The notes under the pieces are model-generated. The model was not told the DNA's origin, ran no database searches, and worked only from the letters and a program-made list of their open reading frames with translations. This document shows positions 9,891 through 18,066 of a DNA stretch of 64,000 nt, one piece after another (within the stretch, counting starts at the first letter, position 1; each line of letters starts with the position of its first letter). The position numbers and the translations under genes are program-made. Source of the DNA: Candidatus Fermentibacteraceae bacterium (GTDB lineage Bacteria > Fermentibacterota > Fermentibacteria > Fermentibacterales > JCC-6); assembly GCA_041750285.1 (NCBI GenBank), contig JBGSZS010000019.1, forward strand, positions 96,001 to 160,000. The letters run 5' to 3'.

Positions 9891-10854
9891 GACCCTTCTG
9901 AAGACGATGATCGGCGGCGTGATAGCTGTCGCCACGCTATGGCTCACGTTTCGGAATACCGACTGGGCAGAGCTTCAGGCAGTTGTTTCTTCCTCTTCAA
10001 TGCTTCCCCTTCTTCTGGTGCTTCCCATGCTGGCGGCCAGCTACACATTCAGGGTGCTGAGATGGCGCGTTCTCCTTGCCCATCTCGAGGCGGTCCCGTG
10101 CAGGGTTCTTACACCTCCCGTCCTGGTTGCATTCATGCTGAACAGCGTATTCCCGGGAAGGATCGGTGAGGTGGCCAGGGCGATGCTTCTCGCCAGGAAG
10201 ACGCGGATACCATTCTCCTCAGGTTTTGCTTCGGTGGTTGTCGCCAGGCTTTTCGACGGCCTTTCCCTGACCTTCCTGGCGCTTCTCGTCATGGCTTCCA
10301 TGTGGCGGGAGTTGACGGGCGCCATCAGGTCCGGCCTCATGCTGGCCGGTGCGGGATACGTTCTGGTGCTGCTCGTGCTGGCCGCACTGCGTGCATGGCA
10401 CGGGAAGGCCGCCGCGCTGCTTGTGCGCCCCCTTCGATGGCTTGGGTTGAAAGGCCCCGCAGGGAAACTCGAGGGCATGCTTCTGAGCTTTGCGGCGGGG
10501 CTCGATGTTCTCAGGAGTCCGCGCGACATAGTGAAGGCCGCAGCTCTCTCGGCAGGAGTGTGGGGTTGTCTCACCGCCTCGGTGATCCCCGTTTTCTGGA
10601 GCCTCGGCATGAGCTTCCAGTGGTACACCGCGCCGCTGGTGCTCGTTCTTTCGGGCCTTGGAATGCTCATCCCCACGCCCGCCGGCACCGGCACGATCCA
10701 CTACCTTCTGGGAGTGGTCTTTCCAGTCATCACCGGCGTGCCTGAACCTTCCGCCAAGGCCATGGCCATCCTCTTCCACGCCTCCCAGTTCCTCCCCGTC
10801 ATCGTCGCCGGTCTGATCGCCCAGGGGGACGGACTAAGAAAGATTAGATTGTAG
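9877..10854 (+). CDS. Lysylphosphatidylglycerol synthase TM / UPF0104 flippase-like membrane protein
   Basis: RWRVLL, NSVFPGRIGEVAR, RLFDG, PTPAGTG, multiple TM segments; TTG start after GGAGG. Confidence 0.85.
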   Translation: MPRRETLLKTMIGGVIAVATLWLTFRNTDWAELQAVVSSSSMLPLLLVLPMLAASYTFRVLRWRVLLAHLEAVPCRVLTPPVLVAFMLNSVFPGRIGEVARAMLLARKTRIPFSSGFASVVVARLFDGLSLTFLALLVMASMWRELTGAIRSGLMLAGAGYVLVLLVLAALRAWHGKAAALLVRPLRWLGLKGPAGKLEGMLLSFAAGLDVLRSPRDIVKAAALSAGVWGCLTASVIPVFWSLGMSFQWYTAPLVLVLSGLGMLIPTPAGTGTIHYLLGVVFPVITGVPEPSAKAMAILFHASQFLPVIVAGLIAQGDGLRKIRL

Positions 10855-10977
10855 CCTCAAATACATGAGGCATATATATTTGGTAAATGCAGACGACAAC
10901 GCGGAGCACGCTTGACCGTATTTCTATATTACCCTTGCGGCGGATACCATGTTTGCCGCAGGATCGGAGCGGAATAA

Positions 10978-11232
10978 ATGCCTAATTACGATTACCTGTG
11001 TGAGAAGTGCAACTACCGTTACGAGAAATTTCAGCAGATGAACGACATGCCGGAAAGCGTCTGCCCGCAGTGCGGGGGACCTGTCCGAAGGCTGATAGGT
11101 ACCGGTGCAGGGCTGATGTTCAAGGGAAGCGGTTTCTACGAGACCGACTATAAAAGAAAGACATCGGCTTGCCCGGTCGACTCGGGCAAGTCTTCGGGCT
11201 GCTGCGAAGGCTGCCATAAAAAAGACGACTGA
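10978..11232 (+). CDS. FmdB-family zinc-ribbon protein
   Basis: MPNYDYLCEKC...CPQCGG...FKGSGFYETDY. Confidence 0.9.
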   Translation: MPNYDYLCEKCNYRYEKFQQMNDMPESVCPQCGGPVRRLIGTGAGLMFKGSGFYETDYKRKTSACPVDSGKSSGCCEGCHKKDD

Positions 11233-11275
11233 CCTGTCCGGAATACATACTCTGTAGTCCCCGTTCAGCACATTG

Positions 11276-11325
11276 AAAAGGGGGAGCGGATGAACCGCCC
11301 CCCCCGGAACCGGTTTTTACCGGTT
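11276..11325 (-). terminator. Intrinsic terminator, two tandem hairpins between convergent genes
   Basis: Minus strand after the stop: GAACCGG-TAAAAA-CCGGTTC, then GGGGGGGCGG-TTCAT-CCGCTCCCCC-TTTT. Confidence 0.7.
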
Positions 11326-11790
11326 CTACATCATGTCAAAGCCTTCGGCGATGACCCAGCGGCCATCTTCCTTGACAAGCTTGACTTCCTCGGTGTCGCC
11401 GTCAACGGTGACCTCGACCCAGGCCTCTTCGCCTTCGATCCTCTCGGCACCGAAAGTCACTTCCATCTCGGCGAACTCGGCGCCGAACATCTCGGACTGG
11501 AAAAGAAGGGTGACGAAACCGGCTGCATCGAGGTTGCTGATCTCTTCAGCGGTGACGGTGATGCCGATGAAAGCCATCATCTCGGCGGACTCTTCGGGGT
11601 TGGCCTTCATTTCCTCGACGGAGGTGTTGAGCTCGGCGACCTGCTCTGCGGACATGCACTCGATGAGGGCTTTGCCGTCACCGGTCTTGAGGGCGTTGAA
11701 AGCCTTCTCGACAGTGGCTTTGGGGCCGGGGGCGGCTCCGCATCCCGCTATCATGGCCACTATGGCCGTGATGATAAGAAGCTTCTTCAT
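11326..11790 (-). CDS. Lipoprotein, DUF4878/NTF2-like
   Basis: MKK signal, lipobox IAGC, PKATVEKAFNALK, C-terminal VKLVKEDGRWVI; GGAGAG SD. Confidence 0.75.
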   Translation of the reverse strand: MKKLLIITAIVAMIAGCGAAPGPKATVEKAFNALKTGDGKALIECMSAEQVAELNTSVEEMKANPEESAEMMAFIGITVTAEEISNLDAAGFVTLLFQSEMFGAEFAEMEVTFGAERIEGEEAWVEVTVDGDTEEVKLVKEDGRWVIAEGFDMM

Positions 11791-11819
11791 CTTTTCTCTC
11801 CTGTTCGGTTTGTGGGTCA

Positions 11820-12302
11820 TCAAAGCGCGAAGCGCAAACCTTCGCCGGTGATCTTCCAGTTGCTGTCTTCAAGAACCATTTCAACGGTGCCCGATGTTGT
11901 GTCGCCAAGGAAAACCACGGTGACGTTCACCATGGCGTTCGGTCCGGCGACGGACACTTCGCCGACCTCAAGGGATGCTTCTTCCATCATGCCCATGAAC
12001 AGCGGCGACTCTATCATCCTTTCAAGCAGTGTCTCTATTGTTATCAAACCAACATCATCCGGTGTCAGCGATATCCCATAAGCTGCCAAAGCAGTTGCGG
12101 CGCTGTCAGGGTTGTGCTTCAGTCCGGCAACGTTCATTCCCGCTTCAAGTGAATCCAGCGCGTCATGGGACAGGTACTCGACCGCCTTGCTGCCTTTTCC
12201 GGCCTTGACCGCGTCAAAGAAAGACAACAGGGAGGAAGCCGGATCACCCGGGCCCCCGCACCCCGCGAGAAACAGTAATACAGCGGTGAGCGCTGTTTTC
12301 AA
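11820..12302 (-). CDS. Lipoprotein, DUF4878/NTF2-like (paralog of the downstream gene)
   Basis: Lipobox LAGC, FFDAVKAGKG, C-terminal VEMVLEDSNWKI; TTG start. Confidence 0.72.
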   Translation of the reverse strand: MKTALTAVLLFLAGCGGPGDPASSLLSFFDAVKAGKGSKAVEYLSHDALDSLEAGMNVAGLKHNPDSAATALAAYGISLTPDDVGLITIETLLERMIESPLFMGMMEEASLEVGEVSVAGPNAMVNVTVVFLGDTTSGTVEMVLEDSNWKITGEGLRFAL

Positions 12303-12456
12303 AAAATCCCCCCCGATTGCCAGGCGGCAGCAATTCCAGTCGGATACGAGTTTGAATTATACGAGGACTTGCGGGAAGTGAAAAGGGCTGCACACTTCTT
12401 GTCCCCGGCCCCTGCGTACTGCATCTTACCACGAACCCAACCGGGAGGACGCGTCT

Positions 12457-13773
12457 CTGAAAACCAGAACCATGATCATGGGGCTTATCTGTCTTTTGTG
12501 CTCCTGTGGTGCCAATGCTCCTTCGAAGTCCGGCCAGATCGAGGTCGTGTTCTGGCACGCCATGGGGGGACCACTGGGAGACGTTCTCGAGGACACACTC
12601 ATCGCCGATTTCAACAACACGCATCCAAACATAAGGGTGATCCCCGTGAACATGGGGAACTACAGGGCACTGAGCCAGAAGATCATGGCTTCGGTGATGG
12701 CCGGTGCTCCACCGGTGATGGCCCAGGCCTACGAAACCTGGACATCCCAGCTGGTCAGGGGAGGAGTGCTTGTTCCCCTGGATTCACTGATGGATTCCGA
12801 TCCTCTGTATTCCAGTGATGACTGGGACGATTTTTTCAGGGTATTCAGGGAAAACAACACCTACAACGGGCGGATCTACAGCTTTCCCTTCAACAAGAGC
12901 GTTCCCCTGATCTACTACAACGTCGAGCTGTACCGTCAACTGGGGCTTGAACCGGCAGGGACATGGGCCCAGCAGCGCCTGCTTCTGAAGGCTCTGTGCC
13001 TGGATGTCAACGGCGATGGAGACCTTCTCGACGAAGGCGACAGGTGGGGAACGGCCTTCGGTCCAAGTGTGTGGACCTTCGAGTGCCTTCTTGCCCAGGC
13101 CGGTGGGTCCCTTCTCAATGAGGAAGGAACCGGGGCTGCCTTCAACGGACCCGGAGGGGCGGAAGCCCTCGGTTTTCTGACCGATCTGCTCTATGTGGAC
13201 AGAACTGCCTACCTCTCTTCGGGGTACGACCATCAGAGGGATTTTCTCGACGGCGGTATCGGGCAGGTCCAGGGATCAGTGACAAGCCTTGCCTTCATGG
13301 AACAGGAGATGGAGCGTCGAAGGGAGAGCGGGCTCCCCGCATTCACCATTGGTGTCGCCGCTCTGCCCGGATACAGGGAGCGAAGGGTTTACATCGCGGG
13401 AACCAATGTTGTCCTTTTCCGCAACCAGGACCCTCGGGTCGTTGATGCCGGCTGGGAATTCATCCGCTGGTTCACGTCTGCCCGACAGCAGGCCAGGTGG
13501 GCTGCCGGCAGCGGGTACCTGCCCGCCAGGCGGTCAAGTCTCGATGACCCATTGATGCTTCGGAAGTTTTCCGAGTACCCGGGTCTGCTCTCGGTGGTTC
13601 AGCAGGTGGAAACCGCCCTCCACGAACCCCAGGCCACAGCGTGGTATGACGGTCGCGAATTTCTTTCCGAGGCACTGGAAATAGTTCTCTATGGCAGGAT
13701 GTCGGCGGAGGAGGCTCTGGAGCGGGCCGCAGCCCTGGCCGACGCTGAAATCCGGCTGGAAGCCGAAAGGTGA
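12457..13773 (+). CDS. ABC transporter substrate-binding lipoprotein, family 1 (UgpB-like)
   Basis: Lipobox-like LCSC, VVFWHAMGG, FNNTHPNI, YSFPFNKS, WEFIRWF, SGYLPAR. Start is either CTG 12457 (8 nt after GGGAGG) or ATG 12472. Confidence 0.88.
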   Translation: MKTRTMIMGLICLLCSCGANAPSKSGQIEVVFWHAMGGPLGDVLEDTLIADFNNTHPNIRVIPVNMGNYRALSQKIMASVMAGAPPVMAQAYETWTSQLVRGGVLVPLDSLMDSDPLYSSDDWDDFFRVFRENNTYNGRIYSFPFNKSVPLIYYNVELYRQLGLEPAGTWAQQRLLLKALCLDVNGDGDLLDEGDRWGTAFGPSVWTFECLLAQAGGSLLNEEGTGAAFNGPGGAEALGFLTDLLYVDRTAYLSSGYDHQRDFLDGGIGQVQGSVTSLAFMEQEMERRRESGLPAFTIGVAALPGYRERRVYIAGTNVVLFRNQDPRVVDAGWEFIRWFTSARQQARWAAGSGYLPARRSSLDDPLMLRKFSEYPGLLSVVQQVETALHEPQATAWYDGREFLSEALEIVLYGRMSAEEALERAAALADAEIRLEAER

Positions 13774-13789
13774 GGGGGAGAGTTACCGC

Positions 13790-14797
13790 ATGAAAAGATT
13801 CCTTGTGCCGGCGCTTCTCGCATGCAGGTTGTGGGCTCAGGTCCTGACCGTTGCCGAGGCCAGGGTGGATGCGAACGGAGACGGCATTCCCGATCTTCTG
13901 GGGCAGACCGTCACGATACAGGCTGTCGCCACTTGTGAAGGCACCCTGTTTTCCACCACCGGCCTGAGCTTCTACGTTCAGGACGAGACCGCCGGGATCA
14001 ACGTGTATGCGTACAGCTCCGCATCACCGGGGGAGGTGAACCCCGGCGACGAGTACCAGATCACGGGAGAGATCAAGTTCTACAACGGACTCACCGAGAT
14101 ATCGCCGACGGACCCCTCCGATTTCCAGTTCCTGGGAAGCCCGGGCGTGCCTTCCCCCCTCTACCTCTCAAGACACCGGAGCGTCAATGAAAGCAACGAG
14201 GGGATGCTCCTTGTGATAGGCAGCGTTCCCGGCGGTCACTGGATAACCGTCGTGGATACTCCGTCATCCTCCGGCGGCGGATGGAACTTCAGCGCATGGA
14301 ACGGAAACTCGCTGATCGCTGTCAGGGTGAATGAAACCACCGGGATTGACGTTTCAGGCATTGGCCCCGGCACCAGGCTGGTGCTGGCCGGAATCGGGGG
14401 CCAGTACTCGTCCGAACCGCCTTACAGCTCAGGTTACCAGATGCTTCCAAGGTATCAGCAGGACATTGCTGTGTACGATCCGTCGATCCCCCCGGTTTTT
14501 CACCTCGATGTGCAGGGGAATCCATTCGCTCCCTCATTGGGTGAAGTCATGACCGTGACGTACGGAGGGCCTGCCGGAAGCCTGCTCGATCTGACGGTGT
14601 TCGACAGAAGCGGCAGGGCGGTGGCCCATCTTGCCGAGAACATGCCGGCAGGGGATCAGCTGGTTTGGAACGGCACCGGTGACATGAACGAGACCCTTCC
14701 GATGGGGCAGTACATCCTGCTCCTCGAGGGAACCACCCAGGCCGGGGAAAGGCTCACCACGACTGAAACCGTGGTCGTAGCCGCCCCGCTCCGGTGA
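13790..14797 (+). CDS. Secreted protein with two YhcR/ExeM-type OB-fold-like domains and a C-terminal FlgD-Ig/T9SS-like sorting domain
   Basis: Signal peptide; FYVQDETAGINV...PGDEYQITGEIKFYNGLTEI; YQMLPRYQQDI; CTD NPFAP...VFDRSGRAV...WNG...GQYILLL. Confidence 0.72.
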   Translation: MKRFLVPALLACRLWAQVLTVAEARVDANGDGIPDLLGQTVTIQAVATCEGTLFSTTGLSFYVQDETAGINVYAYSSASPGEVNPGDEYQITGEIKFYNGLTEISPTDPSDFQFLGSPGVPSPLYLSRHRSVNESNEGMLLVIGSVPGGHWITVVDTPSSSGGGWNFSAWNGNSLIAVRVNETTGIDVSGIGPGTRLVLAGIGGQYSSEPPYSSGYQMLPRYQQDIAVYDPSIPPVFHLDVQGNPFAPSLGEVMTVTYGGPAGSLLDLTVFDRSGRAVAHLAENMPAGDQLVWNGTGDMNETLPMGQYILLLEGTTQAGERLTTTETVVVAAPLR

Positions 14798-14807
14798 GGG
14801 GGAGCCG

Positions 14808-15626
14808 ATGAAAGCACTGATCGTTTCTGCGATCCTGGCACTCTGCCTGGCGCATACCGCCTCTGCGGCATTCGAAGAACTCGAACTCGGGACCGAATGC
14901 CGCGCGATGGGTGGCACCGGGGTTGTCATGCCGGGGATAGCAGGGATGCTGTGGAACCCAGCCTCGGTTTCCTTCGAGACTGATGCCTCGGCCGCGGCAG
15001 CGGGAAGAATTCCCTACGGCAATCCGGACTTCGTCACCGCAGGCGCCGACATTGCACTGCCTCTCTCCCACGGATGGGTCGTGGGCGGAGGAGCAAGGTT
15101 GTTCGGGGGGGAGCTCTACTCCGAACAGATGGTTCATGTCACAGCCTCGCGCCTTCTGACAGAGGATCTGTCAGTTGGCATCCAGCCGCTGTTCTGCAGG
15201 GCGTCCATCTCGGACGGTCTGAGCAGTTACGGAAGTTCATGGACCGCTGATATGACGGTCGGGCTCCAGGCAAGGGTTTTCGACAGATGGAGCCTGGGAG
15301 CCGCCCTGAGAAACCCCTTCGAAGCCAGGATAGGGGAGAGTGGCGAGCATCTTGTCAGCAGGATGGACATCGGAGTAAGGTACGAGCCCCTGCCGGGCAT
15401 GGCATCAGCCTTTGCCGTAACCCGGGACTTTCAGGGCACGGTGGTCCGTGTCGGCCAGGCACTCCCGCTTGGTCCGCTCACCCTTCTCGCCGGAGTCAGA
15501 AGCGGACCCGCCGTGGTTACCGGCGGGTTCAGCGCCCGTGTTTCGGGGGTCGTCTTCTCGTACGCCGTTGAAACCCATCCCCAGCTCAGTGCCACCCATC
15601 AGGCGGGGGTCGGGTATGCTTTCTAA
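14808..15626 (+). CDS. PorV/PorQ/PorP-like outer-membrane beta-barrel
   Basis: Signal peptide; GTECRAMGG...WNPAS plug motif; C-terminal HQAGVGYAF. Confidence 0.72.
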   Translation: MKALIVSAILALCLAHTASAAFEELELGTECRAMGGTGVVMPGIAGMLWNPASVSFETDASAAAAGRIPYGNPDFVTAGADIALPLSHGWVVGGGARLFGGELYSEQMVHVTASRLLTEDLSVGIQPLFCRASISDGLSSYGSSWTADMTVGLQARVFDRWSLGAALRNPFEARIGESGEHLVSRMDIGVRYEPLPGMASAFAVTRDFQGTVVRVGQALPLGPLTLLAGVRSGPAVVTGGFSARVSGVVFSYAVETHPQLSATHQAGVGYAF

Positions 15627-18054
15627 CCTTTTCCTGCTCATTTCAATCGTTCTGGCGCGGGGCATGCCCGGACCCGACCTGAACTCGGCATCGCTTCAAG
15701 AGCTGGAAGCCCTTGAGGGACTAACCGATGTCCAGGCCAGGACACTGCATGCCTACATCAATGAGACAGGCGGACTAGAGAATGTCTACGAAGTACTCCT
15801 TCTGCCGGGATTTGACGCGGTTGCCCTGGACTGGCTGGTCCGGAACACCGTAGTCCTTCCCCCCGCGTCACGACGGATCAGCCCCATGGTGATGGACATC
15901 ATGGAGCGGCTATCGCAGGAGGACGGTCCCGGAGCCTCCGAAGTCGAGTACTGGGAGGATCTCCTTGTCAGACCAATGCCTCTGGCGGTGGCAACACACT
16001 GGGACCTGCGCGGGCTTGACGGCGTGACCCTGATGGATGCTGCCGCAGTAGATGCAAGGATGAGATCATCGGGTGTGCCGGGTAGCGTCAGGTCGCTTCG
16101 TGACACGGACAATCTCACCTACTTCGCCTGGCGGAACATGAGGGATTTCGTCGGGACGGATTCGTCGGGCAGCCAGGGATTCGGGGGGAACTACCGGTTC
16201 ATTTTCGACGGGGGATCGGGACGGGACGGCACCGAAGACAACCTTGAGGGCATGATATCGGAAATCGAATCGGCCCTTTCAGCAATGTACGACGGTTCCA
16301 GAGACTACTCCGGAAGCCCTGTGGACAGCGCTGCACTGACCTCTCAGCTCCTTTCGGGAAGGGAAGCCCTGCTCGCGGCCAGGGACAGGCCCGGTTTCAG
16401 CCACAAACTCCGCTTCATGACCGGCGACATCTTTCAGGCCGGAGCAAGGTTTTCAAGGGATTACGCATCCACGCAGGTCGAGGGCCCCCTCTTCCCGATA
16501 CTGGACGGTCTTGAGACGGGAGGCGAGTTCCAGACCGCGAAGGCTTTCGCCGAGATAAGGCCAGGCGGCCCGTTTCGCAGGGTCATCCTGGGCAACTACC
16601 GACTCAGTCTAGGCCAGGGCCTTCTGATGGACAACACCGACGAGCTGCGCTACAGGAACACCCAGAGGACCTGGGGTCTTATGCCGGACCTGACCACCAC
16701 ACGGCAGCACGCTCTCACTGGCGGGGCCGCAGAGATCAGAACTGGAGGCGCCATCCTGTACGGCTTCGGCTCATGGAACAGCAGGGATGCGGTCATGAAC
16801 CCTGACGGAACACCGAATGTTCTCATGCAGAGCCGGTTCAGAACCGATGCCACGTCGGGGAAGGTGGACGAGGCGGTGCTGGGTGGCTACGGTTTCTATG
16901 ACCTTGGTGAGGTCCTTCCCGTGGGAACAGCGCTGGGTGCGGGTTTCATGAGGATAGCCTATGGTGATTCACTGGCGCCGACACCGGAAACACTGGACAT
17001 CCCCGGCGACAGCTATCAATGGGATTGCCCCGAGTACGGTCAAATGCCGTCCGGTGATGCCATGAGCTTCTCCGGTCTCTACGGTCAGACGGTGTTTGAG
17101 CGGTTCAGCTTTCAGGGCGAGCTGGCACTGCAGGACAACGGGGCTTCCGCAGGATTGGCCAGGGCGGACTGGAGGAATGACTGGCACTATCTCACCTGCA
17201 TTTACCGCCGGTATGAACCCGGGTTCACAAACCCCTACAATCGTGGTTTCACCGAACAGCTCAGGTTTGACGACACGGTCTTCGAAAGCCCCTACCGGTT
17301 CAACGACCCGCTTTACAGCCAGCTCGCCGACCTTCCCATACCCAAGCCAGAAGAGGGAATCTACCTCGAAACCCGTTACCAGATAAGCAGCAGGATCACT
17401 TTCACCAAAGTGTACATCGACCTCTGGAGAACACTTCCCCACGACCTCGAGAACCTGCGGTTCCAGGGAGAGGTGGAGTACAGACCGGTGTGGCCCGTGC
17501 GATTCAGACTGAAGTACAAGTTCCAGGACAAGTACAAGCCCAGGACCGCAGTCTCCACCAATTCCAGAACCACGGAGTACACCTTCAGGACGTTCATACT
17601 GCCCACAGGCGGAGACTACGTGAGCGTATCCCTCCGATACGGCCAGGTTGAACTCTCGCCAAACCCCATGTACGGTGATGACGCGCTGATGGATGGCGGC
17701 TTCCTTGGCCTTCAGTGGGAGCACGACTTCAACGAGGATCTGTCGCTCCTGGGCGGGGCGACCCTGTGGACCACCAGCGGAATGAGCCAATGGGAGTTCG
17801 AGGATACGGGGATCGATTTCCTGGACGGCAGGGGAACAAAGTTCTATCTCACTTTCAAGAATGTTCTGTCCGACGCCCTTCAACTGAGGATGCGCTTTCT
17901 CAGGAAGGAAACATCCCTTCCCCACAATGGGTTTTACCGTCCGGACCCGGATGACTCGTTCCACTACGGTGGGGGGACCGAAGAGGTTCCCGGAGAGTTC
18001 GTGGACCGGCTGGTGGAATACGGTTTGCGTTTCCAGCTTGATTATCGCTGGTAG
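15616..18054 (+). CDS. ComEA-like helix-hairpin-helix domains fused to a large outer-membrane beta-barrel
   Basis: DLNSASLQELEALEGL...LLLPGF (HhH), a second degenerate HhH, LGNYRLSLGQGL, terminal beta-signal FQLDYRW. Confidence 0.78.
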   Translation: MLSNLFLLISIVLARGMPGPDLNSASLQELEALEGLTDVQARTLHAYINETGGLENVYEVLLLPGFDAVALDWLVRNTVVLPPASRRISPMVMDIMERLSQEDGPGASEVEYWEDLLVRPMPLAVATHWDLRGLDGVTLMDAAAVDARMRSSGVPGSVRSLRDTDNLTYFAWRNMRDFVGTDSSGSQGFGGNYRFIFDGGSGRDGTEDNLEGMISEIESALSAMYDGSRDYSGSPVDSAALTSQLLSGREALLAARDRPGFSHKLRFMTGDIFQAGARFSRDYASTQVEGPLFPILDGLETGGEFQTAKAFAEIRPGGPFRRVILGNYRLSLGQGLLMDNTDELRYRNTQRTWGLMPDLTTTRQHALTGGAAEIRTGGAILYGFGSWNSRDAVMNPDGTPNVLMQSRFRTDATSGKVDEAVLGGYGFYDLGEVLPVGTALGAGFMRIAYGDSLAPTPETLDIPGDSYQWDCPEYGQMPSGDAMSFSGLYGQTVFERFSFQGELALQDNGASAGLARADWRNDWHYLTCIYRRYEPGFTNPYNRGFTEQLRFDDTVFESPYRFNDPLYSQLADLPIPKPEEGIYLETRYQISSRITFTKVYIDLWRTLPHDLENLRFQGEVEYRPVWPVRFRLKYKFQDKYKPRTAVSTNSRTTEYTFRTFILPTGGDYVSVSLRYGQVELSPNPMYGDDALMDGGFLGLQWEHDFNEDLSLLGGATLWTTSGMSQWEFEDTGIDFLDGRGTKFYLTFKNVLSDALQLRMRFLRKETSLPHNGFYRPDPDDSFHYGGGTEEVPGEFVDRLVEYGLRFQLDYRW

Positions 18055-18066
18055 GCGGGAGATTGT

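Noticed and set aside
10853..10962. AT-rich gap with hairpins (GCCTCA/TGAGGC; CTTGCGGCGGA/TTTGCCGCAGG) before the FmdB gene
   Set aside because: Consistent with an ordinary terminator/promoter/5'UTR; no properly spaced -35/-10 pair or known RNA motif
13003..13020. DxNGDG calcium-binding-like loop in the binding protein (also in the OB protein and second sortase)
   Set aside because: Common in exported proteins and family 1 binding proteins; not distinctive
15616..18054. Classical natural-competence locus
   Set aside because: No pilin, secretin, ComEC or DprA in the window; the nucleotidase favours nutrition, although transformation cannot be excluded
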